This document shows, piece by piece, positions 30,127 through 40,300 of a stretch of DNA of 64,000 nucleotides. A program made the position numbers and the translations under genes. The stretch spans positions 32,001 through 96,000 of the IMG/VR virus record IMGVR_UViG_3300002307_002134. One strand, given 5' to 3'. Source of the stretch: a virus. The notes under the pieces are model-generated. The model was not told the DNA's origin and did not search any database. It was given only the letters and a program-made list of their open reading frames with translations. The first letter of the stretch is position 1. Every line of letters begins with the position of its first letter.

Positions 30127-31316
30127 TATATTACGTCATTATAACCCTTTACTATGTTATCTATATCTATCTTTTGAACTTCACTAATGTCATTTGAAAT
30201 ATCAATAGTTGATTTTACCAAAGGATTGACATCAGTATTAACAAATAAGCTATTTGATGATTTGGTGTTTACTAAAACTGTACCAGCATATAGTTTATTC
30301 ATATGTTCAATTATTTCATCATCAAATATATGTATAATATCGTAATTAAATTCTTTTATTTTATATAAAGTATTTGGTTGTGACGCAACTTGTCCATTTG
30401 GGGTGTTCATAGTCCATTTACCATCACCCAAAGCAAACCCTGGTGGTTGTTGAATTGGTGCTAATTTAATACCATTTTGTTTTGCCGACATCGGCAATCG
30501 ACCATTTACATTTGAACAAATAGTAACATCGTGGTTATTTTTTCTTAATTTGTTTGCCAATTCTAAAATTATTTTGCTCTTAGATGAATTATCATCAAAT
30601 GCCAACGAAGTCATCATGATTTTTAATTTCTCACCTTTTCTCAAAACCTTTTTAATTGATACTGGCAAATTATCTTTGAAACGCTCAGCAAATTGTTGTC
30701 TGTTGTTTTCCCATTCATCATTGGTGATACCGATAGATTTATGGTTTATTCTTATAGTGGTAGTCACACCAATCTTAACACCTTCCAAGTAATTTTCAAA
30801 ACAGAAAGTCACGTCATAGAAATGGAAACCAATAACTTCTTCGTTGAATGATTTTTTGATTTTGGTTTTATTGATTGCAAAAAACACACCATCAACCGTA
30901 ACTGCTTCTTCAATTTCTTGATTCAAATCCTCAGAGTATGTTGATAACCAAGTTTTTCCCTCGTGCGTGTGTGCGACACGGCCATACATTTTCTTAGGGT
31001 TTTCCCACCATCTTCCGCTGGCTGGCATATACTTGGTACCAGCAACACCTAGAATACCATATTCTGGGTGTTTTTCAAACATCTTTAATAGTTTGTTTCC
31101 CCATTGTTTGGTTTCGATGGTGATATCATGGTGCAAAAAAACCACAATATCGTTTGTAGCTTCTTTTAAACCTCTATTATAAATTTCAGTTAAAGAAAAT
31201 TCGCCTTTATTTTCATAACCTAAGAATTCAATTTTTTTATGTAATCCAGATGATTTAATTATTTTATCTTTAAAATCATCAAGTGGATATTGCGATGAAC
31301 ACACAACTGTTATCAT
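30126..31316 (-). CDS. GT2-like glycosyltransferase with a GT-B N-terminal-like C-domain
   Basis: YNRGL, FLHHD, GVAG, VDGVF and FHFYD motifs. Confidence 0.8.
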   Translation of the reverse strand: MITVVCSSQYPLDDFKDKIIKSSGLHKKIEFLGYENKGEFSLTEIYNRGLKEATNDIVVFLHHDITIETKQWGNKLLKMFEKHPEYGILGVAGTKYMPASGRWWENPKKMYGRVAHTHEGKTWLSTYSEDLNQEIEEAVTVDGVFFAINKTKIKKSFNEEVIGFHFYDVTFCFENYLEGVKIGVTTTIRINHKSIGITNDEWENNRQQFAERFKDNLPVSIKKVLRKGEKLKIMMTSLAFDDNSSKSKIILELANKLRKNNHDVTICSNVNGRLPMSAKQNGIKLAPIQQPPGFALGDGKWTMNTPNGQVASQPNTLYKIKEFNYDIIHIFDDEIIEHMNKLYAGTVLVNTKSSNSLFVNTDVNPLVKSTIDISNDISEVQKIDIDNIVKGYNDVI

Positions 31317-32146
31317 ATTTTTTTCTTATTTTTTAGCAATCTTATTTTATTATATACTGACTCTAACTTTTTGTTCAACATTTTTGCACATTCAACCCCG
31401 CCAATTTTATTATATTGAGAAATTAAAAACGATTCATCTTGAACAGACCAAAATTTATTAGCTTTGCTTTCAATATAATTTATAACATCATTATATTTTT
31501 TGTATTTCCTAGTAAAACCAATGTTGTCAAAATCAGAATAAATGTAGTCACATATAATTTTAACATGTTGTTTTTTATTAATTCTAAAATGAGAATACCC
31601 ACCTTTTTTAACTAATCTATTATCTATTGAAAAATCAACACCTAATTCAAAACATAATAATTTCATAAAAGACCAATCCTGATTATATGGACCAGTAAAA
31701 ACGACTTCAACACCATATTTTCTACCTAATTTAATACAACCATCCCCATCTAAAAAACCCCTAAACCAATATTTTCTTAATTCATGTGGAATTTCACAAA
31801 TTATTCCATTGGGGGCTGAGTGGCTTTTTTCTAAATAACCATGTCTTTTAAGTATATCAAATAAACCCCAAGTTGTTGTTGATAATTTTTTCTGTGTTTT
31901 AACAACTTTATCTTTGTGCATTTTTTTTATTTTTCCGCTAATTATCCAATCACCAGTTTCTAAAAAAACTGGTAAAATGTCATTTATATCACTTTCTACA
32001 CAATTTATAGATGTTAATCTACTTTTTTCTCTTATATGACCATCAGCCCACAATATTCCTAAAATATATGCCGATTCTTTTGTGAATTCAGTTTCAAATA
32101 ATTTAAAATTTACACGTTTTTTATTTTTTCCTTCTTTTATATTCAT
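31313..32146 (-). mobile_element. Free-standing LAGLIDADG homing endonuclease
   Basis: AYILGILWADG and WFRGFLDGDG motifs. Confidence 0.88.
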
Positions 32147-32205
32147 TGTTTTGTTTTTTCATAATGTTATTACAATAAATATATAGATTTATCAAAAAGG
32201 CTAAA

Positions 32206-32391
32206 TTAATGGCAAAATACCACAATATCGTTTTTGGCTTGATTTAAGCCACGATTATAGGCTGTTGTTAAGGACTCACCATTATTGATGATTTTGATAA
32301 CTTCTAAGTGTTTGTGTAAACCAGAAGTCTTAACAAGATGCTCTATGTGCTCTGGATTTGTTTGTCTGGTACAATATACTACCGATATCAT
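32206..32391 (-). pseudogene. Truncated 5' copy of the 30126-31316 glycosyltransferase
   Basis: SGLHK...YNRGL..A.NDIVVF shared with the full gene; stops at the metal-binding motif. Confidence 0.8.
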
Positions 32392-33062
32392 TACTTTTTA
32401 AATCTGTTATATGCGTTGTTTGTTATTTTTATTGTTTCAACACAACCAATGAATTCTTGTAAATTGGTTGCGTTTGTATAACTCATAGCTGAACGTAAAT
32501 AAGCTTCAAAATTTTCAACCCATGTATTTAATTTGTATTCAACCTTCCTAAATCTAATCACACCCTCGGAAGTTGTCAATACTTCTTTGCCCCATTTTTT
32601 TTGAACTTCTTTGGTACTCATACCTCTAAACTTCTTGTGGACAGGTATCTTATGTTCGTAAGCAAATTTAGCCAATGATTGACCTACCTTGAATTTGCCA
32701 AATAGATAGTTGTCACCGCATGATTCGATAGCCTTATTGAAAAGGCTCCCAATCATCACGTAATCAGCCCCTAAGGCCAATGCCTTGATGACATCGCTAT
32801 AATTTTGCATTCCACCATCAGCAACAATCTTGGCTGGTTTATCCAATGACAAGGATTCTAAATAACATTCGTTAATCAAAGATGCCATTGGATACCCTAC
32901 TCCCGTGTGGACTGTTGTTGAGCAATTGTGTACGATATGTTTATTAACATGGTATGAATGATTTCCATCAACAGTTATATCATGTAACATATTGTAAGAA
33001 TCAGAATTAACGAATTGAATCGTTTCGATTTCTTTTAATTTAAAGTTTTTTAGTTTTGTCAT
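32391..33062 (-). CDS. IMPDH/GMP reductase C-terminal half fused to a C-intein (46 aa, 32925-33062)
   Basis: HDITVDGNHSY...VHN|CSTT junction; ADGG, KALALGADYVMIG, FRGMS, SEG and LRSAMSY motifs. Confidence 0.9.
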   Translation of the reverse strand: MTKLKNFKLKEIETIQFVNSDSYNMLHDITVDGNHSYHVNKHIVHNCSTTVHTGVGYPMASLINECYLESLSLDKPAKIVADGGMQNYSDVIKALALGADYVMIGSLFNKAIESCGDNYLFGKFKVGQSLAKFAYEHKIPVHKKFRGMSTKEVQKKWGKEVLTTSEGVIRFRKVEYKLNTWVENFEAYLRSAMSYTNATNLQEFIGCVETIKITNNAYNRFKK

Positions 33063-34071
33063 ATATTTTTTTTATGTTATTTATAAAATCTAAAGATTTA
33101 ACATGTTTATCGTTAACTCTAATTAAAATAAAGTTGTTAACTTTAGCTATTTTATTTTTTACCAAATCATTAATTTTTGCTTCTTCAAATGAGTGCCAAT
33201 ATTCACCATCTAACTCTATTAAAATATTTTTACCTAATTTATAATCAAAAATTTTACCATCCAATTCAAAAGAATTTAATACTGATTTACCGAAATAAAA
33301 TTTTAAAACATTAAGAAAATCAATTTCAATTTGACTGTGTTTAACAAATTTAACCTTTTTTAATTCTTCTGATGTTAAGTTTTCTTTTAAAAACCAACCA
33401 AGATAATTTTTATTTAAATTTATCCCAATAACTGTGATTATTTCATTGAATGTAACTTTATCATTATCCTTTATTAAGTCTTTAATCAAAAAAAACCTAT
33501 CCTTTAATATTTCAACTATATTATCATTAGGTGTTATTGGTTTATTTAGCCATTTAGTTTTAGACACTAAACACGCTTTTTTAAAAATTTCTTTATTTTC
33601 TATTAACCCAATTTTTAACCAATAATCTTTTAGTGTTCTAAAATCTATTGACAGCTCTTTTGATAAAACACTAATTGGCTTATTTAAATTAATGAATTCG
33701 GTATAACTTTCTTTTAATTGGTCAACTGTAATACCAGTTTTATCCAGTAAGTTTTCAATTTTATTATATTTTTCTTTAGCTTTTTTAATTCTTAAAAGCG
33801 TATCATTTGATTGGGTTGAGTAGTTTTTATGGTTTGAAAAATATTTCAAATATCTACCCTTATGAAAATTAGTTTTCTCATTACAACCACATAAACAAAT
33901 GCCTTCTCCATCTTTTAAAAAATACTTACGATAATAATCTTCGTTACTCATGTTATGTAAGGTCTTTAGATGGTTACTAAAAGATAAAAAATTTTTATTA
34001 TTAGTATCCTTATCAAAGACTCGCTTGCATTCTAAACACATATTTGTTTTATAAAATTTTTCTTTTAACAT
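33040..34071 (-). mobile_element. Homing endonuclease, Vsr-like (EDxHD-type) with Zn motifs
   Basis: CLEC..H..H and CLCGC N-terminal motifs; C-terminal IELDGEYWH...ND; lies between the split-gene halves. Confidence 0.78.
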
Positions 34072-34110
34072 ATTTGATTTTATTATAAATATGTCGAACT
34101 TGTTAAAAAG

Positions 34111-34884
34111 TTAAACATTCTCCTCATATTCCAATAAAAAATATTCGTTTGTTAAATTTTCAGCTTTAACCCATTCAGCATAATTGTGAATATTTTCATC
34201 ATCAACTAATTCAACATATTTTTTATTTAAAACATAATACTCGTGTGATTTTGTAGAAGTGCTATCATTAATTTTAATTAATTCTTCTCTACTAGGATAA
34301 GCTATAGTACTAATAACTTCCTTATATTCACCAGTATGCGTTAACACAATATCGCCAATAATAATATCTTGTATTAACTTATCACCAGATTTAGTTGAGA
34401 TGATGGAGTTTTCCAAAAAGCAACCGCCACCGTTGCCAATACCAACTCTAACATAGTCAGCACCAGCGTCTGATAACACGCCATAAGTTTTTGGGTTTGC
34501 AATATTGCCGACCATAAGTGTAAGATTTGGGTACTTTTCTTTTATACGTTCAATAGCAGTAACCAAAATACCCATATGACCATTTGCAATATCAATAAGA
34601 TAAAAACCGTTAGGGTCTAAATTATTATTTAAATACTTATTAATCATTTCGTCTAACGAGTATGAAATAAACCCACCTTCATATTCTTCACCTCTAGGCA
34701 AACATAGATTTATTTTTAGTGAAGTAAATAGGTTTTTGTTTTCTACATCAACAACCGTGTCCATTGGTGCCGTTATCAAAGGCAAAAACCCATTGTGATA
34801 TGGGTTTATGACTTTTCTACTACTAATATCTGAGATAGTAGCTGGTTTGATTAAAATGTCGTTAAAATCAAATTTGTTTTTCAT
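34111..34884 (-). CDS. IMPDH/GMP reductase N-terminal half fused to an N-intein (103 aa, 34114-34422)
   Basis: FNDILIKP, APMDTV, DIANGH, GNIA and VGIGNGGG|CFLENS; TKSH block B. Confidence 0.9.
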   Translation of the reverse strand: MKNKFDFNDILIKPATISDISSRKVINPYHNGFLPLITAPMDTVVDVENKNLFTSLKINLCLPRGEEYEGGFISYSLDEMINKYLNNNLDPNGFYLIDIANGHMGILVTAIERIKEKYPNLTLMVGNIANPKTYGVLSDAGADYVRVGIGNGGGCFLENSIISTKSGDKLIQDIIIGDIVLTHTGEYKEVISTIAYPSREELIKINDSTSTKSHEYYVLNKKYVELVDDENIHNYAEWVKAENLTNEYFLLEYEENV

Positions 34885-34885
34885 T

Positions 34886-35572
34886 TTATTTTATTTTATA
34901 ATTTAACAATCTAGGTATTATTATATCTAGATAATCTTTGAATTCATTTTCATTCATCATACCTTTAAACGAATTAATTGCAAAAGATGCTAGTACAACA
35001 TTTGTTTTGATATAACCTAAAATTGGGTTTAACCTTTCAATACTAATACTATCATATTGATGACAACCTTCATTATGTTTTATAGGTAAATTACTATAAT
35101 AACATTTACCATTTTGTTTCTGGTATTGTTCAAATAACCATTCTTTATTTAAATCAAAATTTAGGTTTTTAAGTTTACATTTACGCTCTAAATAAGAAGT
35201 TTTATTTCTAAGATAAACTTCTAAATCATTTTTTAAAAGTTTACTTTTTTTACTATAACCTTTTTTAACTGAATCGTAATTAGCAAAACATTCTTTACAA
35301 CATTTTTGATACCCGTCAAAAGTTGACCTGTTTTTTGAAAATTCTTCAAGTAATTTATTTTCTTTGCACTTAAAACATTTTTTTTTACCATCTATAATAG
35401 ATTTACAAATATGTTTAGCGTTTGATTCTCTAAAGTGTTTATTGGCTATTATACCACATGCCTCACAAACACATTTAACGGGTTTTTTACTACCTTTACT
35501 TAAATCATCACCGTTATAACCAAATTCTTTTAATGTTAATTCCTTATCTATTTTCCATTGTCCATAACTCAT
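34886..35572 (-). mobile_element. Probable His-Me finger (HNH-like) homing endonuclease with zinc ribbons
   Basis: CxxC pairs; KCYYS...SIERL...GY..TNV...N..K motif. Confidence 0.65.
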
Positions 35573-35626
35573 AATATTCTTTATAAATAAATATCATAAG
35601 TTTTTAAAAAGGTAAAACTATTTTAA

Positions 35627-36205
35627 TTAACCTAAACCAGTTGACCCGAATCCACCAGCACCACGTTCAGTGTTGGCTAAAATTTCAGCAACCCTAGAAA
35701 GGTTAATAATATTCTTTGCAGTTACAGTGGCCACAACACCTTGTGCGATTCTATCACCATGATTTATAACAAAATCTTCCTCACCTAAATTGATTAGGAT
35801 GATTTTAATTTCACCACGATAATCAGCATCAACGGTTCCTGGTGTGTTTAATACAGTAACACCATTCTTGGCAGCCAAACCGCTACGTGGTCTTACTTGA
35901 ATTTCAAAGTTTTCTGGTAGTTCAAAAAACAAACCAGTTGGTACCATCGCCACTTTTCCAACTTTGATTGTCATAGGTTCAGAAAGATTGGCTCTAAAAT
36001 CAAAACCAGAAGAACCAGCAGTCGCATAAGCTGGGTCTTGGTTGGTTGATTTATTTGCGAACGATACTTTTATTTTGTAAGTATCTTGGTCTGAAAATGT
36101 ATGGTTTACATTTGAAAACTCTTTATCAAAATCTTCTTGCGTGTATTCACTATTGGGGTCAGCAATTTCTATGATTCTAGACCTCATCCTTTCATAAATA
36201 TCCAT
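35627..36205 (-). CDS. dut: Trimeric dUTPase
   Basis: SGFD, RSGLA, GTVDADYRGE, GDRIAQ and RGAGGFGSTG motifs. Confidence 0.95.
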   Translation of the reverse strand: MDIYERMRSRIIEIADPNSEYTQEDFDKEFSNVNHTFSDQDTYKIKVSFANKSTNQDPAYATAGSSGFDFRANLSEPMTIKVGKVAMVPTGLFFELPENFEIQVRPRSGLAAKNGVTVLNTPGTVDADYRGEIKIILINLGEEDFVINHGDRIAQGVVATVTAKNIINLSRVAEILANTERGAGGFGSTGLG

Positions 36206-36774
36206 TATTGTTTTGCTGTTTTTTTAGAATGTTTGATAGCAAGAACACTACCCATTTTAAGTAGTTCACCAACCATTGAATTATGGTAATAAGACATTTT
36301 GTCGTCAACCTTATCAAAAAAGGTTATAGCAGTAAATTCTTCTTCAGTTAACTTTATACCGTTAGATAAAGCATAGTAAACACTACTTTCACCAACACGC
36401 ATAGATACGATATCTTCGTTAAATTCGTACATTTTTCCTTGATTTTTACGATGCCATTCAGATGTACACGGGACATATAATTTAGCTTTTCCAATGCCAT
36501 GTAAAAGACAAACCTTTAATAAGGAAGTTTGGTCAACTTTTTCTTCATCTGGTAAAGAGTTATTTATGCGTACAGCATAGGAAGCAACTCTTAACAAATG
36601 GTCAATAAGACCACCTTCAAAAGCATTATGGTAATCAGTCATACTAGAGGCTGGAGCTTTAATAAAATCTTCCCCTAAAAACGCTGTAAGTTCATCATTC
36701 ATGAAACCATTTTTAGTTGCGGTTTCAAAATATTTTTTAGCGTTTGCAATAATTTTTGTTTGGTCTAAAGACAT
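36205..36774 (-). CDS. HD-domain-like protein (HD changed to HG)
   Basis: YHNAFEGGLIDH...LLHGIGK motif. Confidence 0.65.
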   Translation of the reverse strand: MSLDQTKIIANAKKYFETATKNGFMNDELTAFLGEDFIKAPASSMTDYHNAFEGGLIDHLLRVASYAVRINNSLPDEEKVDQTSLLKVCLLHGIGKAKLYVPCTSEWHRKNQGKMYEFNEDIVSMRVGESSVYYALSNGIKLTEEEFTAITFFDKVDDKMSYYHNSMVGELLKMGSVLAIKHSKKTAKQ

Positions 36775-36807
36775 TACTAGTTAATTTATATAAGACGTTA
36801 TTTTGTA

Positions 36808-36839
36808 CAAATATACGAAACATTATTCAAACTAGCAAA
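36808..36839 (-). promoter_or_regulatory. Bacteroidota-type promoter TTTG-N20-TATATTTG
   Basis: Exact match to the consensus. Confidence 0.75.
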
Positions 36840-36846
36840 TAAAACT

Positions 36847-37332
36847 TTAGACTTCTTTTGTTGTTGAGGTGGTCGTGTCGTTTATCACCCCGATTGTGAT
36901 AGCTGGTTCAACCGTCTCAGAAACAACATCTTTTTGAACCTTTTGGGTATAGTCGCTTTTAAGTCGTTGCATATCAGCCTTAAACTTTTCTTCTTGCCTA
37001 CTCAAAACATCTGTGATTTCCTTAGCAAAGGTTTTTTCTTGGTTTTCTAGTATCTTAGCTATATTCAGCTTGTTCTTATCCAACCCCTCAACCTTGCAAA
37101 TCAATTCATGAATACGCTCAGCTGCGGTGGTACTTTTCTCACCAAATAGATTAGTTATGGTCTCATTGGTCTCTTGATTGTTGGTTTCCACAAGTAATCC
37201 AAGCGGTGTTACTATTGGTTCCGTATTTTTAGCTGGTGACACATCTTTAGCTGGTGACGTATCAACTTCTTTGTCTTTCAATATCTCAATTAGAAATTCG
37301 AAAGCTCTCATTACATCTTGTTGTCTGCTCAT
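36847..37332 (-). CDS. Hypothetical protein
   Basis: 161-aa ORF. Confidence 0.6.
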   Translation of the reverse strand: MSRQQDVMRAFEFLIEILKDKEVDTSPAKDVSPAKNTEPIVTPLGLLVETNNQETNETITNLFGEKSTTAAERIHELICKVEGLDKNKLNIAKILENQEKTFAKEITDVLSRQEEKFKADMQRLKSDYTQKVQKDVVSETVEPAITIGVINDTTTSTTKEV

Positions 37333-37383
37333 TTGTTTTGTTCTTTTTTGATTTTTTCAATTTCATTGTTCTTGTGTTTGTAG

Positions 37384-40300
37384 TTACATCGCTGGTTTAT
37401 TTGCCTTGACAAGGCTTAGGTAAAGATTACGTCTTTCTTCGGTAACCTTAGTTACTGAGTATTTATCCTTCACGGTGTTGTATAGGTTATCTTGCAATAC
37501 CTTTATCATTTCTGGGTTGTTAATCAACTTCTTGATTGCGGTATACCAATCCTTGTGGTTCTTTTTGGTCTCCACCAAGATACTATTGGCTGATGTATCG
37601 AAACTACCACCGAATTGAATCGCATTGGTTAAGTCAATTTGATATGGGCCAAAGTCTTGGGCTATGATAGCCTTGTGGTGGAAACCAGCTTCTATTACTT
37701 TCAATTGTGAATTATGGTTTATTATACCATTTGCGTTATAAGAATGTACGTTTTCAACTTCAATATCATATACAGAATTTATAGATTTTTCAATGGTAGA
37801 AATTTTAGTTACCATATTAATTTTCTTTTCATTATTACTGTGTTCATGTGAGCATAATATACCCAAAAGTTCTTTTTTGTGTTTTGAAACGAAACCAATT
37901 TCTTTTTGAAAAATTTCAGAACCCAATCTATAAAGATTTAAGTTATAATAATATTTATTATAGTTTTTATTAAAAGAGTATTTTATTTTTGTTTTGATAT
38001 CAAAACCCAACAGTAGTGTTTGAACTTGTCTTATTAATGTTAAATCTTTACTTGTAAGACTAACCCCAGTGTTTTCTCCAACAGTACCATCAGCCTCAAA
38101 CAACCCTTTCAAAAATTCAGCAACAACAGATTTTGGTGATTCTAATATAACTTTAGGTACTCTAAAAGTTTTACCTTTAATTCCGCACCAACCATATTTT
38201 TTAGATATCGATAAGAAATTAATACAAGTGGATTTAATATCTAACGCATTGCCTTCTTTAGCCAAATAATTAATACACCTTTTATCTGGTTTTTTATTAT
38301 ATAATAAAGGGTTTAACCCAATAGATTTTAATAATCCTGTTACATCATCTACAACTTCTTGGTGTCTTTTATCGCAAGAAATACTAATACCAGATTTGCC
38401 GTTATAATTACCATCTCCTAATAAATAACCCAGTAATCTCCCCCAATTTTCGTTTATTCTTATCCTAGGTAACATATTTTCATCAGAATTTGCTATTTTT
38501 TCTTCGGTAATATTTTTAGTTAACAACATTGGGTATGTTATTTCCTGGTATTCTGTTTGTAAAAATTCTGGTTTACTTAGTTCTACTGTATCACCCACTG
38601 ATAAATCCTTTAATTCAACCCACTTATCTTTTACCAGAATTTTATGATGGGGGGTTCCTTCTAAAAAATAACCATCTTCAGTGGTTATTTTTATGGTTTC
38701 AACATCTTCATATTTAAAATAATTACAAACTTCATTGGTAACCCCATTTATTTCAGTTTTTAATGGAGTTTTTTTGTTCACTATATCTTCAATGTGTTTA
38801 AAACCGTTGTTAGTAGAAATCAATGAATCACCAACAATGCATTTACAGTGGTTGAATGTGTTCTCTGACAGAGGGGCCAAGGAAATATCAAATAGGTTAT
38901 AGTTGGTTGCATAGGTTGAGATATGCTTGGTCCACACTCTACGATATGGTTCATTGGCAACACCAGCAAACTCAGCATTAGTGAACTTGAGTAAGAAGTC
39001 TTTGTATTCTGGACTAACAGTCTTGTAGTCATTGGTGAATATTTTTTCATATTGATACCAAACGCTTTCCATTGGAAGGATATTCCTAACCCTTTGTTCA
39101 CCAGTATTTTTATCAATTTCAGTATGTGTACCTCTTAAATCAAAACCACACAATACAAATTGTATTTTATTTAATAAACCATCAGATTCTAATCTATTAA
39201 CAACACCTTTAAGAATTTCTAAATCCTTTAAGTGAGAATTACCAGTCCACATAGCCTTACCATTTCTTCTCACATGTATTATATGATTTTCAACTTCGAC
39301 ACAATAAACATAATCATCATAAAATTCTTTATGTAAATCTTCTTTTCTAACCAATGGGGTTAATTTATTATGTTTACTATTTTTTTCATAAAAACCTATT
39401 TGGTAGGATTCAAAATTAGGGTTAATTAATCTTTCTTTACCATTTTCTTTTAATGAAATTTTTGGAGTCCTTAAACCTCTATTTTTTATTGAGGCCGCAT
39501 TTCCCATTTTAAATGCTAACTCCATTAAGTCATCGGATAATTGTTTTGAAACAGTATAAGCTCTTTTTCTAACATATTCACCATATTGTTCTTTACTACC
39601 GTCACCGTTAAGGAACCATTCTAATAATACCCCAAGTTGTTTTTCTGATAATTTATTTAGTAATTCTCTTGGTATGAATTTTTCAGAAGCACCACCAAAT
39701 TGTTTTAAATAAGACCATAATTGTCTATTATGTAAAACAATTCTATCACCTTTTTTATTAATATCGCTTTTAAAACCATATTTTTTTAATACATTACTAA
39801 TTTCAACTAAAAAATTATTATTTTTAAATTGACAAACACCAACTTGATGACAACCTTTTGAATTAGTTGTCCACCCATCGGCCAACCAAAAACCTAAAAA
39901 TTTTAACCAATCATCCATTAATATTTTTTTCTCAGAATAATCGTTTTTATCAAATGGTGTTTGTTGAATGGATGGTAAAGTGAAAAATTCAACATCTTTA
40001 TTAGTGTTAATACCATCTTTTTTATAGTGATAATCTTTACCCCACATATCTTCAGCATGTGTCAATTTAAAATCCAATTTTTTATGTCCTAAATTTTTAA
40101 CTTCAGAAACATACATATTATGATTTCCAGTTGCTTTAAAATTAATATAGTCAGTATCACAAACATACATATCACCAGTAAATTTTTCTTTGATATATCT
40201 TTTGGGTAAATGATATTCTATTTCATTTGTATTAGGATTTAATGTTGCTACTTTAACACCTTCTGTTAAATCTGGGAAAAAGACCCACCCATTTTCAGTA

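Noticed and set aside
15929-31316. Bacterial O-antigen/capsule locus from a chimeric assembly
   Set aside because: No wzx/wzy or export genes; the island is interleaved with phage genes (phoH, gp55-like, endonucleases) and carries the phage promoter motif.
31141-32210. Group I intron joining the truncated GT to the downstream GT
   Set aside because: Only ~60 AT-rich non-coding bases flank the endonuclease, with no room or motifs for a ribozyme core, and the downstream gene has its own complete N-terminus.
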